Both the position numbers and the translations under genes were made by a program. DNA of 64,000 nt from Candidatus Defluviilinea proxima. GTDB lineage: Bacteria; Chloroflexota; Anaerolineae; Anaerolineales; Villigracilaceae. Shown in pieces: positions 36,135-44,622 of this stretch. Positions within the stretch are counted from its first letter, which is position 1, and every line of letters begins with the position of its first letter. The stretch covers positions 3,506,200 through 3,570,199 of the forward strand of contig JADKIW010000001.1 of the NCBI GenBank assembly GCA_016721115.1, written 5' to 3'. The notes under the pieces were generated by a model, which did no database searches, was not told where the DNA came from, and saw only the letters and a program-made list of their open reading frames with translations.

Positions 36135-37595
36135 ATGTCTCAAACTATCAATGTTCTTTTCCTTGCAGCTGAAGCTGAACCTTTTGTAAAAGTAGGGGGA
36201 TTGGGAGATGTGGCGGGAACCCTACCGCGTGCATTACGAGCTCTTTCAAATGAAGAACTAAAACTTGATGTCCGCTTGGTGTTGCCCCTGCACCCGGTTA
36301 TCAAGCAGGAAGGCCTAAAGCCAGTAGGGATATATTCGATTCCGCGCGGCAAGACCGAGGTCCAGGTAGAAGCGTTTGAAGGTGTGCTCGATGGCATGCC
36401 TGTCTACTTCCTCAACGGGGATCCGATCCGCGCAAGTGGCTCCGTTTATTCATCCAATAACAAACTCGATGCTGAGAAATATGTTTTCTTTTCGCTGGCG
36501 GCACTCGAACTGCCTCGCCAGTTGAATTGGAGTCCCAATATCTTGCATTGCAATGATTGGCATACTGCGTTGACTGCGTATGGCAATCTTGTCAAGCGTT
36601 GGGAAGATAAAAAGAATCGCGTTGCGTCACTGGTCACAATTCACAACCTCCCGTTCCTTGGTTCAGATGTAAAAGAGGTTCTTGAAAGCTACGGCTTACC
36701 ACTGGCAAACACCGACCTGCCTGACTGGGCACGTGTCATGCCCATGCCGCTTGGCTTGTGGGCCTCAGATGCAATCGTGGCCGTTTCACCAACCTATGCA
36801 ACCGAAATCTTGCATGAAGAATTTGGATGTGGACTGCAAGAGTTTTTTAGAAATCGGACAGACTCCATCTACGGCATTCTCAACGGCCTGGACACCGCTT
36901 CATTCGACCCACAAACTGATTCCGTACTATCTACTCAGTTCAACGCTGAAGATTTATCCGCACGTAAAAAGAACAAGGCCGCATTGCAAGAAAAACTTGG
37001 CCTGCCCGTGTTGGACGATGTGCCTTTGCTCGGCATGGTCACACGCATGGATCAAGCCAAAGGCATCGACATTGCTCTCAAAGGCTTGAAGATGATCAGC
37101 AAACAGAGTTGGCAGTTGGTGATCCTTGGCGCAGGTGACCCGAAACTGGAAGAAGCTGCCAAGAAATTGCAGGAGTCCTTGCCAGATCGTATCAAAGTGG
37201 AGACGCGTTATGACGCCAAACTCGCTCGCCAAATTTATGCGGGTTCCGATATTTTCCTCATGCCATCCCGTTATGAACCCTGTGGTCTTTCACAAATGAT
37301 CGCCATGCGTTATGGAAGTGTCCCGCTTGTTCGTGCTGTGGGCGGATTGCACGACACCGTTACCGATAGTGAAACAGGATTCGTCTTTGTAGATAATAAA
37401 GTGAAATCATTCAACGATACGCTTCGTCGTGCGTTGAAGTTATATCCATATCATTCGCGTTGGGCCGTTTTACAAAAAGCAGGCATGGCACAAGATTTTT
37501 CATGGCCAACATCAGCGAAACGATATTTGGAAATCTATAAAAAGCTATTGGAAAGTTTACCAACACGGACCGATACGCGCAGAACCGAGGGATAG
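36135..37595 (+). CDS. glgA: Glycogen synthase
   Basis: Contains MSQTINVLFLAAEAEPFVKVGGLGDV. 486 aa GT5. Confidence 0.9.
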   Translation: MSQTINVLFLAAEAEPFVKVGGLGDVAGTLPRALRALSNEELKLDVRLVLPLHPVIKQEGLKPVGIYSIPRGKTEVQVEAFEGVLDGMPVYFLNGDPIRASGSVYSSNNKLDAEKYVFFSLAALELPRQLNWSPNILHCNDWHTALTAYGNLVKRWEDKKNRVASLVTIHNLPFLGSDVKEVLESYGLPLANTDLPDWARVMPMPLGLWASDAIVAVSPTYATEILHEEFGCGLQEFFRNRTDSIYGILNGLDTASFDPQTDSVLSTQFNAEDLSARKKNKAALQEKLGLPVLDDVPLLGMVTRMDQAKGIDIALKGLKMISKQSWQLVILGAGDPKLEEAAKKLQESLPDRIKVETRYDAKLARQIYAGSDIFLMPSRYEPCGLSQMIAMRYGSVPLVRAVGGLHDTVTDSETGFVFVDNKVKSFNDTLRRALKLYPYHSRWAVLQKAGMAQDFSWPTSAKRYLEIYKKLLESLPTRTDTRRTEG

Positions 37596-37602
37596 ATAAT
37601 AA

Positions 37603-38865
37603 ATGAAAACACGAGCAGTCATCTTAGCGGGTGGTGAGGGGTCAAGGCTGAGCGTCCTAACAGCAAAACGAACAAAACCTGCCGTTCCATTTGCGGGGAA
37701 ATACCGCATCATTGATTTTCCCCTATCGAATTGCGTGAACTCTGGCATCTTTGATCTTATGATCCTGGCACAATATCGTCCACAGTCGCTTATTGAGCAT
37801 GTTGGTTCTGGCGCGCCATGGGACTTGAACCGCGACTTTACCGGCGGCGTCAAAATACTAACTCCCTATAAAGCACGGAATGATTCCGATTGGTATGCTG
37901 GCACCGCTGATGCGGTTCAGCAAAATTTTGCTTTTCTCAAGAATGGGTCTCCTGATTTTGTTTTGGTCCTTTCTGGCGATCATATCTACACCATGGATTA
38001 TGACCCGATGATCTCCTTCCACGTTGACCAACAAGCAGACCTGACCATGGGCGTGATCAAAGTCCCCATGGAAGAAGCATCCCGCTTTGGAATTCTTGCC
38101 ACAGACGATAAATATCGGGTTACCTCATTTATTGAAAAACCTGTCAATCCTCCATCTAATCTTGCGAACATGGGCGTTTACCTGTTTAACAGGGAACTGC
38201 TTGACAAGATCCTTTGGGAAGATCATATGGACCCAGACTCATCCCACGATTTTGGCAAAGATGTCATTCCCAAACTTCTACAGTCAAAGGCCCGTATCTT
38301 TGCATATCCATACACTGGTTATTGGATGGACGTGGGAACTGTCCAGTCGTATTGGCAATCGCATCTTGATCTGTTGGCGCCAGCCCCACCGCTCAAACTT
38401 TATGACCGTAGCTGGATCATTTATACACGTACTGAAGAACGTCCTCCTGTGCGATTATCAGGCAAGGCAGATATAGTTTCCAGCATGATCTGCAACGGGA
38501 GTTTTGTTGAAGAGGGCGCACATGTTGAAAGTAGTGTTCTTTCACCGGGCGTTATTGTACGAGCGGGGGCGGTCGTCCGCGAATCGGTCATCCTAACGGA
38601 TACTGTGATCGAGAGTGGCGCAGTGGTTGAGCGTGCTGTCATTGACAAACGCACTCGTATAGAAAAAAATGCGCGTGTCGGTTGGGGCATTGCGGACCAG
38701 GATATAAAGATCGCTGTTGTCGGTAAAGGCAGTATTGTCCCCTCTGGGTATGTTGTTGAGCCTGAAGGTGTAGTCGGCACAGATGTCATTGCTTCAGATT
38801 ATGATGACTCAGTTGTACGAGCCGGTCAGTTCATTCAAACACGGAGATTAGCAAATGAAATTTGA
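37603..38865 (+). CDS. glgC: Glucose-1-phosphate adenylyltransferase
   Basis: Contains AVILAGGEGSRLSVLTAKRTKPAVPFAGKYRIIDFPLSNCVNSG. A C-terminal left-handed beta-helix is present. Confidence 0.9.
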   Translation: MKTRAVILAGGEGSRLSVLTAKRTKPAVPFAGKYRIIDFPLSNCVNSGIFDLMILAQYRPQSLIEHVGSGAPWDLNRDFTGGVKILTPYKARNDSDWYAGTADAVQQNFAFLKNGSPDFVLVLSGDHIYTMDYDPMISFHVDQQADLTMGVIKVPMEEASRFGILATDDKYRVTSFIEKPVNPPSNLANMGVYLFNRELLDKILWEDHMDPDSSHDFGKDVIPKLLQSKARIFAYPYTGYWMDVGTVQSYWQSHLDLLAPAPPLKLYDRSWIIYTRTEERPPVRLSGKADIVSSMICNGSFVEEGAHVESSVLSPGVIVRAGAVVRESVILTDTVIESGAVVERAVIDKRTRIEKNARVGWGIADQDIKIAVVGKGSIVPSGYVVEPEGVVGTDVIASDYDDSVVRAGQFIQTRRLANEI

Positions 38866-40351
38866 GCGTTCCGGCGGAATCCTTCTTCATCCTACAAGCC
38901 TGCCTGGCCCTTATGGTATAGGCGATCTTGGCCCGCAGGCATATCGTTTTGTAGATTGGCTTGCATCCACGGGATGCAAGTTATGGCAGGTACTTCCGCT
39001 TGGACCAACGGGATACGGCGACTCACCATATCAATGTTTTTCGGCATTTGCGGGGAATCCCTATTTGATTAGTTTTGATGCATTGATCGAAGATGGATTA
39101 TTGACTCGTGATGACTTTACTAATATGCCCGAATTCAACGCCTCTCTCGTGGACTTCGGCCTGCTCATCCCCTGGAAACTTGATCTTCTCCTGAAAGCTT
39201 TTTCTCGCTTTCAATCCGCATCTGATGGTTTACACAAAGAGTTTGATGCCTTTTGCGCTGACAATGCGTCCTGGCTTGATGATTACGCTTTGTTTATGTC
39301 ATTGAAAGAAGCGAACGGTGGTGGTGCGTGGAACGAATGGAGCGAAGACCTTCGCAAGCGCAAAAAGACCGTGATGAGCAAGGCTCGTAAGGAACACGCT
39401 GAAAGTATTCTGCGTTACTCTTTTTACCAATTTATCTTCTTCCGACAATGGAATAAGTTGCGCGCATATGCTAATGAACGCAATATTAAGATCATTGGAG
39501 ATATTCCCATCTTCATTGCCTACTATAGCGCAGATGCATGGTCAAATGCAGAGTTATTCTTTTTAGGTGAAGACAGCCTTCCTGCTGTAGTTGCTGGTGT
39601 TCCCCCCGATTATTTCTCTGCAACAGGACAGTTATGGGGCAATCCACTGTATCGCTGGGATGTTCACAAGAAAACAAAGTACGCCTGGTGGTTGGAGCGT
39701 TTCCGTTCTGTCTTGAAAATGGTGGACATCGTCCGTGTGGATCACTTCCGTGGGTTTGCAGGGTATTGGGAAGTCCCATTTGGGAATCCCACTGCCGAAC
39801 ATGGACGGTGGGTTGATGGCCCCGGCGCTGACTTTTTCAGTGCAATGAACGAAGGCTTGTTAGACAGCCCAGATTCCAAACTCCCCATCATTGCCGAAGA
39901 TTTGGGGGTGATCACTCCTGACGTCGTTGCGTTACGTGATGGCTTCAACCTGCCTGGTATGCGGATCTTACAGTTTGGCTTTGATAAAGCGGAAAATCCT
40001 TTCTTGCCGCATAACTATGTCCCTAACTGTGTAGCTTATACTGGAACTCATGATAACGACACGGCACGGGGTTGGTACGAAACCGCCCCTGAGCACGAAC
40101 GCGATTATGCTCGTCGTTACCTCCGCGTGGATGGTTCTGACTTTGCATGGGACTTAATCCGAAGTATCTGGTCATCGGTTGCGGTGTATGCTGTCACACC
40201 GTTGCAGGATGCATTGAGTTTGGGAACTGAAGCGCGTATGAACTTCCCATCGAAACTGGGCGGTAATTGGGAATGGCGGATGCGAGAAACAGATATGAAT
40301 GATGGTCTTGCAGGTAGACTGCGGGAGATGAACGGCCTGTATTTCCGATAA
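38855..40351 (+). CDS. malQ: 4-alpha-glucanotransferase (amylomaltase)
   Basis: Contains RSGGILLHPTSLPGPYGIGDLG and VRVDHFRGF. It overlaps glgC by 11 nt. Confidence 0.9.
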   Translation: MKFERSGGILLHPTSLPGPYGIGDLGPQAYRFVDWLASTGCKLWQVLPLGPTGYGDSPYQCFSAFAGNPYLISFDALIEDGLLTRDDFTNMPEFNASLVDFGLLIPWKLDLLLKAFSRFQSASDGLHKEFDAFCADNASWLDDYALFMSLKEANGGGAWNEWSEDLRKRKKTVMSKARKEHAESILRYSFYQFIFFRQWNKLRAYANERNIKIIGDIPIFIAYYSADAWSNAELFFLGEDSLPAVVAGVPPDYFSATGQLWGNPLYRWDVHKKTKYAWWLERFRSVLKMVDIVRVDHFRGFAGYWEVPFGNPTAEHGRWVDGPGADFFSAMNEGLLDSPDSKLPIIAEDLGVITPDVVALRDGFNLPGMRILQFGFDKAENPFLPHNYVPNCVAYTGTHDNDTARGWYETAPEHERDYARRYLRVDGSDFAWDLIRSIWSSVAVYAVTPLQDALSLGTEARMNFPSKLGGNWEWRMRETDMNDGLAGRLREMNGLYFR

Positions 40352-40365
40352 CAATAAGAGACATA

Positions 40366-40402
40366 TAAAAATGCCACGAAAAAATATTTCGTGGCCTTTT
40401 TT
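40366..40402. terminator. Bidirectional terminator between malQ and msrB
   Basis: Stem GCCACGAAA / TTTCGTGGC, with a flanking A-run on one side and a T6 run on the other. Confidence 0.7.
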
Positions 40403-40424
40403 GATTCAGCTCCTATGAAGTAGT

Positions 40425-40871
40425 CTACTTTTGAAACAACGACGTGTATTCACCATATCCCTCTTCTTCAAGGTTTTCTACAGGGACGAACATCAACGAA
40501 GCTGAGTTCATGCAATACCGCAAGCCTGTGGGCGCAGGGCCATCATCGAAGACGTGGCCTAGATGCGAATTGGCATTCTTCGAACGGACCTCCGTCCGTG
40601 GCATGAAGAGTTTGTAATCAGTATGGGTGACCACATTGTCTGGCTCAAGCGGCTTGGTGAAACTGGGCCAGCCTGTACCGGAGTCATATTTATCCAATGA
40701 ACTGAACAATGGCTCGCCTGAGACAATATCCACGTAAATGCCAGGGCGTTTGTTGTTCCAAAACGCATTGGAAAATGGTGGCTCCGTGCCTTCGCGTTGT
40801 GTCACCTCGTATTGCAAGCTTGAGAGTTTCTTACGGAGTTCAATATCTGACGGTTTGGTAAAGGTTTTCAT
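40425..40871 (-). CDS. msrB: Peptide-methionine (R)-S-oxide reductase
   Basis: Contains GTGWPSF and [17 protein letters not shown]. Confidence 0.9.
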   Translation of the reverse strand: MKTFTKPSDIELRKKLSSLQYEVTQREGTEPPFSNAFWNNKRPGIYVDIVSGEPLFSSLDKYDSGTGWPSFTKPLEPDNVVTHTDYKLFMPRTEVRSKNANSHLGHVFDDGPAPTGLRYCMNSASLMFVPVENLEEEGYGEYTSLFQK

Positions 40872-40979
40872 TTGGGCCTCCTATGGAATGAATATCCTTT
40901 TGTGTTACATCCCATAGATAAACTGTCTTGTATATTCTTTACCGTTATGATGCAAGCCGTAAGAATTCTGTAATATCCT

Positions 40980-41465
40980 TTATTGAGGAAGCTTCTCTGT
41001 CAAATTGACTACAATTGCATTGCTGGCTCTAATGAGGTTTTCAGGCGTGATCATAATTTCCTCACCCCATTGGCCTGCACCTGTACCCAGAATGGGTTCA
41101 TTGACAAGACTCGCTTCGAGGAAGGTGCGGAAGTTCGCTGGTTGCCAGCCAAAGGCGGGGATGGAGCCGATAATATATCCAGTGGTTTGCTTCACGATCT
41201 CAGGATCAGCCATTTTGATATTGCGTGAGCCGATCGCTTTTTTGAGGTTTCCTGAGATGGCGTTCTGGTCAGCGCCGAGCATTACAAGTACGCATTCGCC
41301 ACTATCTACTACCTGGAAGATCAAAGTTTTTACAGCCTGACGTTCAGAAAAGCCCAAGACATGGGCAACGTTGGCCGCGCCTTTTTCTGTTTCTGGAGAA
41401 AAGCTTTTGCGTTCGTAAGGAATGTTGTGCTGGTCGAGGTAGGTGTGTGCAGGAAGTTGGATCAT
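40980..41465 (-). CDS. YbaK/EbsC-type aminoacyl-tRNA editing (deacylase) domain protein
   Basis: 161 aa. VKTLIFQ....GADQ..IS and GYIIGSIPAFG are YbaK-fold motifs. Confidence 0.7.
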   Translation of the reverse strand: MIQLPAHTYLDQHNIPYERKSFSPETEKGAANVAHVLGFSERQAVKTLIFQVVDSGECVLVMLGADQNAISGNLKKAIGSRNIKMADPEIVKQTTGYIIGSIPAFGWQPANFRTFLEASLVNEPILGTGAGQWGEEIMITPENLIRASNAIVVNLTEKLPQ

Positions 41466-42385
41466 TTGTTATCCCTTGTTGTGTATAAAATGCCTAGCAA
41501 TATTAATATACCACCGAGCAGAGTTGCAAGTGGAACTGTCTCATTCAAAATAAAAAATGCAAGGATCGCTGAACCCACTGGTTCACTGAGTGTTGTTATG
41601 GCAATGAGCGATGCGGGCAAGTACCGAAGTGCCCAATTGAAAGTTGTATGTCCGATCAGTTGTGGCACGGCCGCAAGCAGAAATATCCAGCCGTATGTTT
41701 TTGTTTCGTACCCAAGTGGCGAGAACCCAGCCGCAAGCATGATAACGATCAACACGATTGCCGCCATTCCATACACTAAAAAAATATAGGGGATGAGGGT
41801 CATTCCTGCTCGCAACTTTCGTCCGATGATCAAATACCCTGTCACTGCCCATGCCCCAGCCAGTGCAAGGAAGTTCCCCCACATGGCCTTATCTTGGAAA
41901 GCTTGATCGAAACCTGTGCATTGGAGTTTTCCATAGTGAATGCACGCATCGAACAACCCGATAACTGTTCCACCTAAAATAGTCAGCGCCAACCCGATAA
42001 TTGCCGCGCGCGATAATTTCTCGTTTAACAGCATTGGCGATAACAACGCCACCCAAATGGGACTGGTTGTTACGAATAAAGCAGAGCTTGCAACTGTAGT
42101 GTATTCAAGGGAAGATATCCATGTTGCAAAATGAATGGCAAGGAATATCCCTGATATGATACCAAGCGTGATTTGTTTGCGTGTAAGTTTGGCAAGCTCT
42201 TCGCGGTGACGCGTTAACGCCACAGGAGCAAGCAAGAGAGTGGCAAAGGTCAAGCGCAAGGCGGCAATGACAAGCGAAGGAGCACCGTCAGTCTGCGCGA
42301 AGCGGATAAAGATTGAAGCGGTGGAAATGGCCAGTATTGCAATAAGCAGGCTGATGGGAAGAATGATGCGATGTTGTTTGTCCAT
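41462..42385 (-). CDS. EamA/DMT-family transporter
   Basis: 307 aa with 10 TM helices in a duplicated EamA pattern. ATGA-type overlap with the ybaK-like gene. Confidence 0.8.
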   Translation of the reverse strand: MDKQHRIILPISLLIAILAISTASIFIRFAQTDGAPSLVIAALRLTFATLLLAPVALTRHREELAKLTRKQITLGIISGIFLAIHFATWISSLEYTTVASSALFVTTSPIWVALLSPMLLNEKLSRAAIIGLALTILGGTVIGLFDACIHYGKLQCTGFDQAFQDKAMWGNFLALAGAWAVTGYLIIGRKLRAGMTLIPYIFLVYGMAAIVLIVIMLAAGFSPLGYETKTYGWIFLLAAVPQLIGHTTFNWALRYLPASLIAITTLSEPVGSAILAFFILNETVPLATLLGGILILLGILYTTRDNK

Positions 42386-42551
42386 GCCTCATTGTATCGC
42401 TGTCCGTCAACTTTTGTATTTGGTGTGTTTCTCTCCGAATAGCGTTCAATCTGCTATTGGATTTGGGAATCTAAAACCTGGAACACAGCGGCAATCTGGA
42501 ACGTCAGAGTTCAGCAGGAGTTTGTTACATCAGGTGAATAGAGAGGAAATT

Positions 42552-43316
42552 ATGAGAAAACCAGCCCAACTTCTTTTAATCGTATTTATTGTTTTAGCTA
42601 TTTTAAGCCTTGCATGCAGCAGCACGGTGACCATCTACGAAACCCCAATTCCGCCCAATGTGGAGACAGTTGTTGCCGCCACTTTTGCGGCGTATACAGA
42701 GACGGCATCTCACATCGTGGTTACAGTTACGCCAACGATGACATCTGTACCGGCCAGCCCAACGGCAGAAAAATTTGGGGAAGTGTATATTTATACGACA
42801 GTCGAGAATGTCAATTTGCGAGCTCAACCGGGGATGTTGTTTCAAGTAAGCCGTGTGTTGCCAATGGGCACGCGTTTGAAACTACTAGGACGTGCGCCTG
42901 GTGGGGAATGGTTGAGTGTACTTGGTGATGATGGCGTTATAGGATGGGTGCATGTCAATGTTGTGCGTGTGGCTTATGATGGCCCTCCGCCTCCTGTTGT
43001 AGAGCCGACAGATGTACTTCTGGTCACCGGTAAATTAGATACAGAGTCAGGTACGCCTGTCAGCGGGGTTGGCTTTGCGGTGTCACAAGGTATTAACCAA
43101 ACACAAGCTGTGACCGACAAGACGGGGCAGTTTTATGCGTATCTTCCTCGCGCCATGAATGGTATTTGGACGGTGGAGTATACGTCTGTTTCTTGCACGA
43201 GTAATACGATGGATGCGAACTGTAGCTGTATCGCAGGCAAGTGTGGCTCTTCAAACCCAACTAAACAAACAGTTACTTTGCCTCAAAATGAGCCATTAAA
43301 ATTCGTTTGGAAATAA
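42552..43316 (+). CDS. Lipoprotein with a bacterial SH3 domain and a carboxypeptidase-regulatory-like beta-sandwich
   Basis: The start was trimmed to MRKPAQLLLIVFIVLAILSLAC (lipobox), with a GAGAGG RBS. The SH3b region is NLRAQPGMLFQVSRVLPMGTRLKLLGRAPGGEWLSV. Confidence 0.6.
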   Translation: MRKPAQLLLIVFIVLAILSLACSSTVTIYETPIPPNVETVVAATFAAYTETASHIVVTVTPTMTSVPASPTAEKFGEVYIYTTVENVNLRAQPGMLFQVSRVLPMGTRLKLLGRAPGGEWLSVLGDDGVIGWVHVNVVRVAYDGPPPPVVEPTDVLLVTGKLDTESGTPVSGVGFAVSQGINQTQAVTDKTGQFYAYLPRAMNGIWTVEYTSVSCTSNTMDANCSCIAGKCGSSNPTKQTVTLPQNEPLKFVWK

Positions 43317-43367
43317 TTTCCCTCTTTTAGAATTAAACTCAAGAGAACAGCAAACTGAATATTTTTC

Positions 43368-43396
43368 TTGACACGCGCCCTCCAACGTACTACAAT
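43368..43396 (+). promoter_or_regulatory. Consensus-like sigma70 promoter of sodA
   Basis: TTGACA (43368-43373), a 17-nt spacer, then TACAAT (43391-43396). Confidence 0.65.
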
Positions 43397-43461
43397 TTTT
43401 AGTGATGAAGTACATAAAAATCTGAATGGGGGCAGATACATAAAAACTAAAGGAGAGAATA

Positions 43462-44064
43462 ATGGCTTTTGAATTACCCAAACTTTCGTACGCGTACGAC
43501 GCTCTTGAACCCTATATTGATGCACGCACGATGGAAATCCATCACACGAAGCATCACAATACATACATTACCAATCTTAATGGTGCCGTTGAGAAAACCC
43601 CTGAATTGGCTGGCAAATCACTTGTAGAGTTGTTGAGCGACCTAAACGCAGTCCCTGATGCTGTGCGCGGTGTGGTCCGCAATCATGGCGGTGGCACATA
43701 CAATCACAATCTCTTCTGGGAAATCATGGGACCCAAGGCCGGTGGCGCTCCCAGCGGAGCATTAGCTAAGGCGATCGATTCAGCTTTCGGGTCGTTTGAT
43801 GCGTTCAAGGATGAATTCACCAAGTCTGCCACAACCCGTTTCGGATCTGGTTGGGCATGGCTCGTCAAAAAGGGAAGTGGCTTGGCCGTTGTTTCCACCG
43901 CCAATCAGGATTGTCCGCTCTCTGATGGGCAGACTCCCATTCTTGGCATTGATGTTTGGGAACATGCGTATTACTTGAACTACCAGAACCGCCGCCCTGA
44001 TTACATTGCCGCTTGGTGGAATGTTGTGAACTGGAATGCTGTAGCCGACAAGTTCGGTAACTAG
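43462..44064 (+). CDS. sodA: Fe/Mn superoxide dismutase
   Basis: Contains [31 protein letters not shown] and [18 protein letters not shown]. Confidence 0.95.
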   Translation: MAFELPKLSYAYDALEPYIDARTMEIHHTKHHNTYITNLNGAVEKTPELAGKSLVELLSDLNAVPDAVRGVVRNHGGGTYNHNLFWEIMGPKAGGAPSGALAKAIDSAFGSFDAFKDEFTKSATTRFGSGWAWLVKKGSGLAVVSTANQDCPLSDGQTPILGIDVWEHAYYLNYQNRRPDYIAAWWNVVNWNAVADKFGN

Positions 44065-44153
44065 AGATTTTTTCAAAATACATCTTGTCTGAGCGTTGAA
44101 GCAAGATATAATACGGTAACTCGTTCGATCCTAATCCTAAAAGGAGAAATTCC

Positions 44154-44567
44154 ATGACTCACATTATTACCAGCTTGTGCGTTCGTGACCGCGGTTGTAT
44201 CGATGTTTGCCCGGTGGAATGCATGGTCCCTGGCCAGCCTGTTGCTGAATGGCCCTGGATCTATATTGACCCCGATACCTGCATCGACTGCGGCGCTTGT
44301 GTCCCTGAGTGCCCGTTCGCGGCCATCTTCCCTGAAGATGAAGTCCCTGCGGCGTATACAGCCAAGGGCGGCGAATATATCAGCCGCGTTGGTCTGACCG
44401 GTCATTACGAAGGCACCAATCATCATGGTTCCCCAGTTGTTTTGGAAATCACCAAACAACTCGCCGCTGGTGAAGTGGTTGACCTAACCCCGGATATCAA
44501 GCCCAACTATGATTTCTTCAAGGGCGGCCCCGGCTACGGCGCGAAAGATTCCGACAACGGAATGTAA
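44154..44567 (+). CDS. 4Fe-4S (7Fe-type) ferredoxin with a C-terminal extension
   Basis: Contains CVRDRGCIDVCPVEC and CIDCGACVPECP. Confidence 0.85.
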   Translation: MTHIITSLCVRDRGCIDVCPVECMVPGQPVAEWPWIYIDPDTCIDCGACVPECPFAAIFPEDEVPAAYTAKGGEYISRVGLTGHYEGTNHHGSPVVLEITKQLAAGEVVDLTPDIKPNYDFFKGGPGYGAKDSDNGM

Positions 44568-44578
44568 CCCGATCTATG

Positions 44579-44612
44579 AAAAGAGCCACGCAACTGCGTG
44601 GCTCTTTTTTGT
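44579..44612. terminator. Bidirectional rho-independent terminator
   Basis: Stem GAGCCACGCA / TGCGTGGCTC (44583-44604), flanked by an A-run and a T6 run. It lies between convergent genes. Confidence 0.8.
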
Positions 44613-44622
44613 TTAAGTTTCA

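Noticed and set aside
42240-42551. Long N-terminal extension of the SH3 lipoprotein ORF
   Set aside because: It lies antisense to the EamA transporter gene. The internal Met at 42552 has an RBS and a lipobox signal peptide.
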